Positions 38,287 to 46,384 of a DNA stretch of 64,000 bases are shown piece by piece. The translations under genes and the position numbers were made by a program. A model generated the notes under the pieces. The model made no database searches. It saw only the letters and a list, made by a program, of their open reading frames with translations, and was not told the origin of the DNA. Position 1 is the first letter of the stretch, and each line of letters starts with the position of its first letter. The stretch is from the NCBI GenBank assembly GCA_963729445.1, contig CAVSNU010000003.1, positions 1,100,816 through 1,164,815 on the forward strand. Reading direction: 5' to 3'. The stretch comes from an uncultured Chloroflexia bacterium. Its GTDB lineage: Bacteria > Chloroflexota > Chloroflexia > Thermomicrobiales > CFX8.

Positions 38287-39402
38287 ATGTCCTTTATCGC
38301 CAACCACAAATATCGCCGGCCCCTGCTCCCGCTGCTCCTGGCTCTGGCCGTTGTGCTGCTGGCCCCAGCCTGTAACACCGAAAGCGCCAACCGGACCGCC
38401 ACCTTTACCGCCAGCGGGACCCCCGTCACCACAACCACACCGGCCGGACGCGTTCTGGTGATCGACGGAGAGCCGGTGCAACGGGTCTACGTCCCCGACC
38501 TGCGCCAGCCTCCAATGTATGCGCTGACGGAGCAACGGCTCTACATCTGGCGTAACCGGCGGTGGGAACAGACGGCCACGCTCAACGACGGGCGGGCCAT
38601 CCTCGTTGACCACCAGCACCCGGAACGTCTGTTCCGTGGTGACCACCCATCCTGCTCGCAATCGGCGGAGAACACAGAGATCGCGCTGGAGGTCAGCGAG
38701 GACAGCGGCGAGACCTGGACAGCGCTGCCGAAAGGCACAAACATCAGACCCATGGCGATTGATCCCGTCTTCCCCGACGTCCTCTACGGGACCGACTGCG
38801 CGCTCACAATCTCTGACAGCCTCGGCAAGAACTGGCGCTACTTCCAGCCGCTGTTCCAGCACGAGATCGTCGACCTGGCGGTGGTCGGCGAGCGCCTGCT
38901 GGTGCTCGGCATCTCAACCGCCGGCAAGAGCCAGGTGCGCGAGCTACGCCTGACCAGCCCGACAGAGCCGAAACTCTCCGACATCATCGTGCAAATAGAG
39001 GGCATCGCCAGTGTGGATGCCGATGCCGACCGTGTGGTGGTTGGTGGACCGACGGGCGTGCAGGTCTCGCTCGACGGCGGCCAGACCTGGGCTGAAAGCC
39101 GGGTGGGGCTGGAAGCGGTGACGATCCCGCCTGGCGAGAGCATGGTCGCGCCGAATAACCCATCATCCACATCCGAGCGCGAGTTCGGAATACTCACCAT
39201 TGCGATCGACCCCACGCATAGCCATCGCATCTTCGCGGGCACCGTGCGCGGGCTCTACATCTCCCAGGACGACGGCGGAACCTGGGACCCCTACGACGAG
39301 ATTGCTGGCGACACGCAGGTGAAAGACATCCAGTTCGCCGTCGAGGGCGCCGACCTGTATGTCACGACCAGCGACGGTGTTGTCGTCGTTCCAAATCCAT
39401 AA
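38287..39402 (+). CDS. BNR/Asp-box repeat lipoprotein (beta-propeller, Ycf48/sialidase-like fold)
   Basis: Lipobox LLAPAC. There are four SxDxGxTW-type Asp boxes (SEDSGETW, SDSLGKNW, SLDGGQTW, SQDDGGTW). The ATG at 38287 follows GAGGAG. Confidence 0.75.
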   Translation: MSFIANHKYRRPLLPLLLALAVVLLAPACNTESANRTATFTASGTPVTTTTPAGRVLVIDGEPVQRVYVPDLRQPPMYALTEQRLYIWRNRRWEQTATLNDGRAILVDHQHPERLFRGDHPSCSQSAENTEIALEVSEDSGETWTALPKGTNIRPMAIDPVFPDVLYGTDCALTISDSLGKNWRYFQPLFQHEIVDLAVVGERLLVLGISTAGKSQVRELRLTSPTEPKLSDIIVQIEGIASVDADADRVVVGGPTGVQVSLDGGQTWAESRVGLEAVTIPPGESMVAPNNPSSTSEREFGILTIAIDPTHSHRIFAGTVRGLYISQDDGGTWDPYDEIAGDTQVKDIQFAVEGADLYVTTSDGVVVVPNP

Positions 39403-39505
39403 AGCTCCGGGTGCTACAATGACCTTCGCGACTCCGGCGGGGCACTGTTGTGTGCCCTGCATGCGGCGAACACCAAAGACATTGGCAGGGGAGAGGAGCC
39501 ATCGA

Positions 39506-40369
39506 ATGGCGTACCGGTTCGTTCTTGAGGTGCCCGAAGGGGTGCATGAGGACGCCAAGATAGCGGTTGAATCCAGCCGCAACGCGCAGATTCTGATCGA
39601 ACGCCATCCACATGAGCTCGATCCCAACGACGCGTTCGCTGAGCTCACGGTCGTGACGCATAGCCTCGATGTCGTCGACAATCTCTACAACTGGGCTACG
39701 ACCGAGGAAGTTCGCTCGAACGTCTACCTCTACGCCCACAAGGGCCCACGGATCAGTCTGGGCGATTTCGATGCGAAGTCGTTGCGCCGCTTAATCCAGG
39801 GCGACCAGTACTGGCTTGAAAATACGGTTCCCCGGATTAGTTATCAGATTGATCCCGTTATGGAAGGGGGAGCCCTCGTGGCAGATGTTCCGTATGGTGG
39901 CCGCCTCGCACATGCCACCTCGATTGCGCCAGCGGCGTCGGATATCGAGCTCGGTTGTGTGGATAGCATCGCCATCAATGTGCGCGACATCGCCCGGGCA
40001 GAGGCGTTCTACCGCAATTTCTTCGGGATGAGCCTCGTCTATCGCGCCCGCCGCGTCGACGATCGCTGGGAGCATCTCGACCCTGACTACTGTTACGAAG
40101 AGGGCATCCCCGCCGGGATTGAGCCTGAGATCGTGCGCCTTGAGAACGGCACGCTCGGGTTGGTGCTCATCAATGTCGGCCTGGGCAAGGTGCTCCACGA
40201 GCCGCGTCTGGCATACGTCAGCGTGACCGTGCCCATGAAGACGTTGAACCACCTGCGCGGACGGGCACTCTTCTCCTCCTATACCGTGCAGGAGGATAGT
40301 CCGCGGGCGTTCCGCTTTGTCGACCCCTTCGGACTCGTCTGGCAGCTCGTTGCATCGTCAGACCAGTGA
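39506..40369 (+). CDS. VOC/glyoxalase-fold protein with an unassigned N-terminal domain
   Basis: The C-terminal part VDSIAINVRDIARAEAFYRNFFGMSLVY ... FVDPFGLVWQLV is VOC-like. The ATG at 39506 follows GGGGAGAGGAG. Confidence 0.6.
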   Translation: MAYRFVLEVPEGVHEDAKIAVESSRNAQILIERHPHELDPNDAFAELTVVTHSLDVVDNLYNWATTEEVRSNVYLYAHKGPRISLGDFDAKSLRRLIQGDQYWLENTVPRISYQIDPVMEGGALVADVPYGGRLAHATSIAPAASDIELGCVDSIAINVRDIARAEAFYRNFFGMSLVYRARRVDDRWEHLDPDYCYEEGIPAGIEPEIVRLENGTLGLVLINVGLGKVLHEPRLAYVSVTVPMKTLNHLRGRALFSSYTVQEDSPRAFRFVDPFGLVWQLVASSDQ

Positions 40370-40381
40370 GAGAAAACCTGC

Positions 40382-40828
40382 ATGCTTGACGAATATCGCG
40401 AGTTAATCGACCTGCTCGCCCAAACGCCGGCCCTCCTCAAAGAGAGCGCGGAGGCAGCGTCCGACCCACCGGAAGGCGAGTGGAACGCCGCCCAGACCGT
40501 CGGTCACCTCGCGGCCTGCGAGTTCTATTTCGTCGAGCGCTTGAACCGCTTGCTGCGCGAAGACTCGCCGCATCTGAGGGCATTCGGGGCGAAAGCCCTC
40601 GAGCGCCAGGAGTCGATGATGGACGCCGGGCTGAGCGACAATCTGCAAGCCTTCAACGAGCTCCGCGGCGAGAGCGTCTCGATGCTGATGAGCCTGGCGC
40701 TCAACCTCTGGGACCGCTCCGGCACCTATGAGTCCGAAGGCACGATGTCGGTAGAAGATGTCGTCGAGACCATGATCGACCACGACGCAGAGCACCTGGC
40801 CCAGATTCAGAACCTCGCGACGACGTAA
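40382..40828 (+). CDS. DinB-family protein
   Basis: 148 aa, with TVGHLAACEFYF and MIDHDAEHLAQI. Confidence 0.7.
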   Translation: MLDEYRELIDLLAQTPALLKESAEAASDPPEGEWNAAQTVGHLAACEFYFVERLNRLLREDSPHLRAFGAKALERQESMMDAGLSDNLQAFNELRGESVSMLMSLALNLWDRSGTYESEGTMSVEDVVETMIDHDAEHLAQIQNLATT

Positions 40829-40877
40829 GCGCCACGCATCCTCGACGCAGGGCTCGACCACCAGGCACACAGCAGAC

Positions 40878-40917
40878 CGCCGCTCACCCCTCGCTGCAAG
40901 GCGAGGGGTGAGCGGCG
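40878..40917. terminator. 17-bp perfect hairpin
   Basis: CGCCGCTCACCCCTCGC, loop TGCAAG, then GCGAGGGGTGAGCGGCG. It lies 50 nt after the DinB stop and has no T-tract on either strand. Confidence 0.5.
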
Positions 40918-41103
40918 TGGCCTTCCGCAGAGTGGCGCAGGCCGCGCAGGATTGCTTCGTGCAACCGCGCAGCCTGCGAACATGGGTGGGGTGAGGGTGA
41001 AGAAAATCGTGATCGCCAGGCGTGGGGTCCCGACAATCAACCGGAGCTTCCAGAGGACTATGAGCGGCTGCTACTGTGTTCCGCTCAAATGGGAATCGTG
41101 TAT

Positions 41104-41132
41104 AGAATAGTACATCTGTTCTACTTTGTCAA
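41104..41132 (-). promoter_or_regulatory. promoter-like element with GAAC-N4-GTAC box in the spacer
   Basis: The minus strand reads TTGACA (41127-41132), the 17-nt spacer AAGTAGAACAGATGTAC, then TATTCT (41104-41109). The -35 overlaps the stop codon of the HTH gene. Confidence 0.35.
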
Positions 41133-41404
41133 TCAGTCAGCGCCTCGAGGGCAACCGCCGGAGAATGCATGCTGCGGCCGGGCGAGCATCGGCCGGTCGG
41201 CATCGGCTCGCGCGACTGGCGCAGGAAGTCAATCAGCGCCTGCGGCTTGATCTGCCAGCAGCCACGGCGCTTGTCCCATTGCCCGTCCAGATGGCCCATA
41301 CGCAGCCAGTATTCGATGGCCGAGCGGTCGTACTCAAGGAAATCCGCCGCGTCGTCAAGACTGTAACTCTGGATCGACCGGGCGGCTGCGCGCATCATTC
41401 TCAT
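41129..41404 (-). CDS. excisionase/MerR-like helix-turn-helix DNA-binding protein
   Basis: YSLDDAADFLEYDRSAIEYWLRMGHLDG...WQIKPQALIDFL fits the HTH_17 excisionase-type pattern. The C-terminal 30 aa look low-complexity. Confidence 0.6.
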   Translation of the reverse strand: MRMMRAAARSIQSYSLDDAADFLEYDRSAIEYWLRMGHLDGQWDKRRGCWQIKPQALIDFLRQSREPMPTGRCSPGRSMHSPAVALEALTD

Positions 41405-41428
41405 CAGGTAACGCTCCCAGACACTAAC

Positions 41429-41444
41429 AAGTGTACGTACACTT
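41429..41444. promoter_or_regulatory. 16-bp perfect palindrome, candidate operator
   Basis: AAGTGTACGTACACTT lies 25 nt upstream of the HTH gene start, just downstream of a minus-strand TGACAT, 16-nt spacer, TAGCAT promoter-like pair. Confidence 0.4.
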
Positions 41445-41517
41445 ACATGCTACCATGGCGTTGACGAAATGTCACGCCTTTCATGGCGCGTACGTATGCA
41501 TGGGACCGTCAGCGAAT

Positions 41518-41751
41518 TCATCTCGGCCAGAGGAGCTTGCCCTCTTCAGTCTCGACGAAGATCGCGTCGACCGGGCAAGACCGGGCAGCCTCCATGATCG
41601 TCTCCTCGTCGGCGCCCTCCGGGTCGACAACTTCCGCTACCCGGTTCGCGTTCATCTGGAACATCGCCGGCGCGCAATCGACGCAGTAACCAACGCCGAT
41701 ACACCTGCCCATATCCACCTCAACCACAAGCTTGCGCCTGGGAGTGTTCAA
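41518..41751 (-). CDS. single-cluster ferredoxin
   Basis: CIGVGYCVDCAP ... SCPVDAI is a cysteine pattern typical of small 3Fe-4S/4Fe-4S ferredoxins. The start is uncertain (TTG 41751). Confidence 0.8.
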   Translation of the reverse strand: MNTPRRKLVVEVDMGRCIGVGYCVDCAPAMFQMNANRVAEVVDPEGADEETIMEAARSCPVDAIFVETEEGKLLWPR

Positions 41752-41877
41752 TCTTGAGTTACCCTTTCGTGAGGGACCGGACTCGTAATTCGCGACCCGA
41801 CGATACCAGTTTCACGCGGACAAGTGCGCCCGACAACGTATCCTCGTTAGAGAGACGCAGAGCCGAACGATCGGAAA

Positions 41878-43221
41878 GTGGTGAATTCTACCGTGCAGAT
41901 TCGAACGATCCTCTGGGCTGTTGCCCTCGTTGCGCTCGTGCTGGCGGGCTGCGCCGGCGACGACGAACCGACGTCCACGCCGGGTGCCACTCCCGCGGAG
42001 ATAGGCGCTGTGGAGCCGCCGCCGAGCGAGACAGGCGCAGATGAACCGGCCGACGGCCCTACGCCAACGAGCGCACGCGTGGCAGAGGAGACTCCAACCT
42101 CCAACCCGGACGCGGAACAGGAGGCGACGGCAGACCCCACCAGTGTCGATACTGCCAGCCTTGACGAGGTAGAGGTCGAGCTACAGGAAGTCGCGGACGG
42201 ACTGAGCCAACCGGTCAAGGTTGTCTCAGCCTACGACGGCAATGGCCGGCTCTTCGTTGTGGAAAAGGGCGGCACGATCAGGATCGTGCTCAACGGCGAG
42301 CTCAACGCCGAGCCATTCCTGGACATCAGTGAGCGCGTCGGTTCAGAGGGGTCAGAGCAGGGGCTACTCGGGCTCGCCTTCCATCCGGACTTTCCCGAGA
42401 CAAGCGAGTTCTTCGTCAACTACACCGACGTCAACGGCAATACCGTCATCTCACGTTTTACGGTTGATGGTGACACCGCCAACGCCGGTAGCGAAGAGGT
42501 GCTCCTGATGCTCGATCAACCGGCCTCCAACCACAACGGCGGCCACCTGCTCTTTGGCCCGGACGGTTACCTCTACATTGGGACGGGCGACGGCGGCGGT
42601 TCTGGTGACCAGTTCGGCAACGCCCAGAACGGCCAGAGCTTGCTGGGCAAGATGCTCAGGATCGATGTCGACAGCGCCGACCCGTATGGCATCCCCGGGG
42701 ACAACCCGTTCGTTGGCAACGACGACGTCCGCGACGAGATCTGGGCGATTGGGCTGCGCAATCCCTGGCGCTATGATTTCGACGCCGCGACCGGCGACCT
42801 CTACATCGCCGATGTGGGTCAGAACATGATTGAAGAAGTAAACGTCCAACCTGGCGCTAGTCCGGGGGGCGAGAACTACGGCTGGCCGATCCTGGAAGGT
42901 ACCGCGTGCTTCGAGGCGAGTGAGTGCGACCAGACGGGTCTGGTCCTGCCGGTGACGGAATACACCCATGCCCAGGGCTGCTCGATCACCGGCGGGAACG
43001 TCTATCGGGGCACCCGCTACCCACAGATGGCCGGGATCTACTTCTTCAGTGATTTCTGCTCCGGCAACCTCTGGGGACTCGTGCAGGCGAACGGTGAATG
43101 GCAAACGCGCCTGCTGCTTGAGACCGGCTACGCCGTCTCGTCCTTTGGTGAGGACGAGGCCGGTGAGATCTACCTGGTCGACATGAGCTCGGGAACGCTG
43201 TACACGCTCGTCGCGGTCTAA
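41878..43221 (+). CDS. PQQ-dependent sugar dehydrogenase (soluble glucose/sorbosone dehydrogenase family) lipoprotein
   Basis: Lipobox LVLAGC and an acidic tether. Beta-propeller motifs are EQGLLGLAFHPDF, NHNGGHLLFGPDGYLYIGTGDGG, GLRNPWRYDFD and GENYGWP. Confidence 0.85.
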   Translation: MVNSTVQIRTILWAVALVALVLAGCAGDDEPTSTPGATPAEIGAVEPPPSETGADEPADGPTPTSARVAEETPTSNPDAEQEATADPTSVDTASLDEVEVELQEVADGLSQPVKVVSAYDGNGRLFVVEKGGTIRIVLNGELNAEPFLDISERVGSEGSEQGLLGLAFHPDFPETSEFFVNYTDVNGNTVISRFTVDGDTANAGSEEVLLMLDQPASNHNGGHLLFGPDGYLYIGTGDGGGSGDQFGNAQNGQSLLGKMLRIDVDSADPYGIPGDNPFVGNDDVRDEIWAIGLRNPWRYDFDAATGDLYIADVGQNMIEEVNVQPGASPGGENYGWPILEGTACFEASECDQTGLVLPVTEYTHAQGCSITGGNVYRGTRYPQMAGIYFFSDFCSGNLWGLVQANGEWQTRLLLETGYAVSSFGEDEAGEIYLVDMSSGTLYTLVAV

Positions 43222-43345
43222 GCGGGTATCTGAGATAGCGATCTCCGATGACACGGACCGGTTGCACAGATATTCCCTGCTTTGGACGTTTGCGCCTACA
43301 ATCGCCTTGAGAACTCGTCGACAAATAGACAGGGAGCGAGACAGC

Positions 43346-44443
43346 ATGGCCCAGACGACGCCACAGATCTACTACCCCGGCTCGGGGACGAATTGGGAGC
43401 GCAAACGGCCCGCAGATCTCGGGATGGATTCCGCAATGCTCCAGGAGGCGATTGACTTCGCCAACGCGCACGAAGCGCCGGAGTCGCGCGATATTCCCAA
43501 CACCCTGGGCACCGACCCGATCAACGACCACCCATACAACGAGATCATCGGCCCCACCAAGGAACGCACCGGCGTCAACGGCGTCATCGTCCGGCATGGC
43601 TACATCGCCGGCGAGTGGGGCGACACCGAGCGGGTGGATATGACCTTCAGTGTGGCCAAGAGCTACGTCTCCACGATGGCTGGGCTGGCGTTCGACAAGG
43701 GTCTGATTCGCGACGTGCACGATCTGGTCAAAGACTACGTGGACGACGGCGGCTTCGATTCTCCACACAACGCCAAGATCACCTGGCAACACCTGCTGCA
43801 ACAGTCCAGCGAGTGGGAGGGCGTGCTCTGGGACAAGCCGGATCTGGCAGACCGGCGACGCGGTCGCGACCGCGAGCTGAACGACCCGGGCACCTTCTAC
43901 GAGTACAACGATGTACGGGTGAACCGGCTGGCGTTGAGTGTGCTGCAGGTACTGCGCGAACCCCTCCCAGAGGTGTTGAAGCGCGAGATCATGGACCCTA
44001 TCGGCGCGTCGGACACCTGGCAGTGGCACGGCTATCGCAACTCCTATGTCACGATCGATGGGCGCGAGATGCAATCGGTGAGTGGCGGCGGCCATTGGGG
44101 CGGCGGCGTCTGGGCGAGCTCGTTCGACCACGCCCGTTTCGGCTATCTGTTCCTGCGCCGGGGCAACTGGGCGGGCCGGCAGCTCATCAGCGAACGCTGG
44201 ATTGAGATGGCCACCACGCCTTCTGAGCAGGAACCTACCTACGGCTACATGTGGTGGGTGAACCCGGAGCACAAGCTCTTCCCGAGCGCGCCGGAGACAA
44301 GCTTCTTCGCAGTTGGCAAGGGGACCAACCTGATCTGGGTCGATCCAGAGCATGACCTGACGGTTGTCATCCGCTGGATAAGCCGCGAGCACGCAGACGG
44401 CTTCATCCAGAGGGTGCTCGCTGCCGTCAATACACCAGCCTGA
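43346..44443 (+). CDS. serine hydrolase (beta-lactamase/class C-like family)
   Basis: SxxK motif in MTFSVAKSYVSTMAGLAF. The ATG at 43346 follows AGGGAG. Confidence 0.75.
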   Translation: MAQTTPQIYYPGSGTNWERKRPADLGMDSAMLQEAIDFANAHEAPESRDIPNTLGTDPINDHPYNEIIGPTKERTGVNGVIVRHGYIAGEWGDTERVDMTFSVAKSYVSTMAGLAFDKGLIRDVHDLVKDYVDDGGFDSPHNAKITWQHLLQQSSEWEGVLWDKPDLADRRRGRDRELNDPGTFYEYNDVRVNRLALSVLQVLREPLPEVLKREIMDPIGASDTWQWHGYRNSYVTIDGREMQSVSGGGHWGGGVWASSFDHARFGYLFLRRGNWAGRQLISERWIEMATTPSEQEPTYGYMWWVNPEHKLFPSAPETSFFAVGKGTNLIWVDPEHDLTVVIRWISREHADGFIQRVLAAVNTPA

Positions 44444-44510
44444 TGCCAGGCGTGGCAATCGCATGGTGGTAATGCTGGACGTGTCCTGCTTGATCCGCGG
44501 TGTCTGACTG

Positions 44511-45215
44511 GTCATTCTGAGCGCAACGGTGGAGATCGTCGAGTGACCGGGGCTTCACCGGTCACCCTGGGTGTTCATCAGTCATCCTGAGCGTTCATCA
44601 CTCATCCTGAGCGCCAGCGAGTCATCCTTGAGCGCCCGATAGTCAGCCTGAGCGTATTCGTCACCCTGAGCGCCTAATCAGTCACCCAAGGCGTTTATCA
44701 GTCATCCTGAGTACTGGACCACAGGGGAGTTGTCACGATTCGGGGTTCCTACCTGTCCGTAGGGGAGGAGCTCGTCTCCTCCCGCCTCGAGCGGACCGGG
44801 GTTTCGGGAGGAGACGAGCTCCTCCCCTACGAAGGTGACACCATCATCGTGGTCCACTACTGAGCGCAAGCGAAGGATCTCTGCGTTCAACGCCTCGGCA
44901 ATCAAGCAAGAGATCCTTCCTTGCGTCAGGATGACGATCAAACGCAGGATGACGATCAAGCCCAGGACTGGCCCACCGGGCAGCTGTCACGCTCCCGGGT
45001 TCCGCCCGTCGGGGGTGACTTCATCATCGTGGTCGAGTACTCAGGGTGACTATCAGGCGCTCACGATGACTATCAAGGGGTGCAGGGTGACCAATGCTGC
45101 TCAGCGGGTGTTGGTGGTCCGTGGTCGTTCCTCCTTGACTTGGCCCTCGCGAGTTCCGTAGGGGAGGAGCTCGTCTCCTCCCTGCCTCGGCTGTCGTGAG
45201 TTCGGGAGGGTCAAG
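44511..45215. repeat. 0.7-kb composite repeat island (20-nt tandem units, type C long, type B, type C short, type D)
   Basis: Modules are all shared with 13868-13958, 15193-15400, 22712-22890 and 50035-50113. There is no credible ORF. Confidence 0.85.
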
Positions 45216-45456
45216 CCCCCTACCGGTGGAGCGGAGTCTTCAAGAGACCGGTCAGAGGCCGCTGAGCGCCGATGTGAGGAATTTCAACTTTGCGGAGGAT
45301 CAGGCGGCCTTCAATGAGCGCATGCAGAGCTCTTGGGCCCCTCGTCGCTTTCATCGCAAAATCTTCATCTTAAAATCTACTCATATACCAATCGTGCCCC
45401 TCCTTGATGTGATACCGTGATTGTGGGTGGAACTACGTTAAGAAAGGAATTCGCCC

Positions 45457-45684
45457 ATGGCGACTGGAATCATCAAGACGATTCGCGAGGACAAAGGTTT
45501 TGGCTTCATCGAGCCCGAAGGCACCTCTGGACGCAACGACCTCTTCTTTCACCGCAGCGCGGTGGAAGGTGGCGCCTTCGAGATGCTCCGCGAGGGGCAG
45601 CGGGTGAGCTTCGATGAGGAGCCCGACCCACGCGACCCGAGCCGACGGCGCGCCGTGCGCGTCACCCCCCTCGACGAGATGTAG
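45457..45684 (+). CDS. cold-shock domain protein
   Basis: MATGIIKTIREDKGFGFIEPEGTSGRNDLFFHRSAV has RNP1-like KGFGFI and RNP2-like FFH motifs. Confidence 0.9.
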   Translation: MATGIIKTIREDKGFGFIEPEGTSGRNDLFFHRSAVEGGAFEMLREGQRVSFDEEPDPRDPSRRRAVRVTPLDEM

Positions 45685-46016
45685 TAATGAGGTACAGGTA
45701 AAATCCCACATAACAATCACATAACTCCATGATCTCTCGTCGCGATTGAAGAGGTCTTTCGAGTCATCGAAACGGTCGCGATGTCGCTCACGTGGCGTTC
45801 TCGCAGACAAGCTCCCGGCGCAATCTACTCCACTCAACGCTCCGCGGACACCTCGACGAACTCAGCACGACCGATCATGAAACAAACTGACAATCCGTCA
45901 ATCTTTGGTATTCACGCCGATTATCGGCGCGGAGATGCCATCGTTGACGACTTATTACACTCCGCCTCGTGGTACATTCAATGCAGGTGGAACGACGATC
46001 AGAAAGGACCCCGCCC

Positions 46017-46247
46017 GTGGCGACTGGAACAATTAAGACGATTCGCGATGACAAAGGCTTTGGCTTCATCGAGCCCGAAGGCACCTCTGGACGCAACGAC
46101 CTCTTCTTTCACCGCAGCGCGGTGGAAGGCGACGGCTTCGAGATGCTCCGCGAGGGCCAGCAGGTGAGCTTCGACGAAGAGCCCGACCCACGCGACCCGA
46201 GCCGACGGCGCGCCGTGCGCGTCACCCCCGCCGACGACAACATGTAG
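46017..46247 (+). CDS. cold-shock domain protein (tandem paralog)
   Basis: The GTG start at 46017 aligns with the ATG of the first copy behind the same AGAAAGGA. VATGTIKTIRDDKGFGFIEPEGTSGRNDLFFHRSAV. Confidence 0.9.
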   Translation: MATGTIKTIRDDKGFGFIEPEGTSGRNDLFFHRSAVEGDGFEMLREGQQVSFDEEPDPRDPSRRRAVRVTPADDNM

Positions 46248-46384
46248 TCTCGCGGTCCAGATCGGTTTGAATCTGTAACAGACTATGACCTCTCAAGGCG
46301 AGAAGAGGTCTTCGAGTGAAGAATGGACTGTGAGTCCGCCAGGCTGGCGAACTCGCAGTCCCGGCCCGGCGCAATCTACTCCAC

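Noticed and set aside
40807-41040. 77-aa minus-strand ORF with a lipobox-like FAGC
   Set aside because: Its mature part is Arg/Pro-rich. It reads through a 17-bp perfect hairpin and overlaps the DinB gene end, so it is more likely non-coding.
43046-44515. 489-aa minus-strand ORF
   Set aside because: It is antisense to the serine hydrolase and the PQQ dehydrogenase end, with Arg/Pro/His-rich composition.
44561-44708. Possible CRISPR array (regularly spaced GTCATCCTGAGCG)
   Set aside because: The units are only about 20 nt and directly abut one another with no unique spacers. The conserved part is shared with inverted-repeat elements elsewhere. No cas genes are present.
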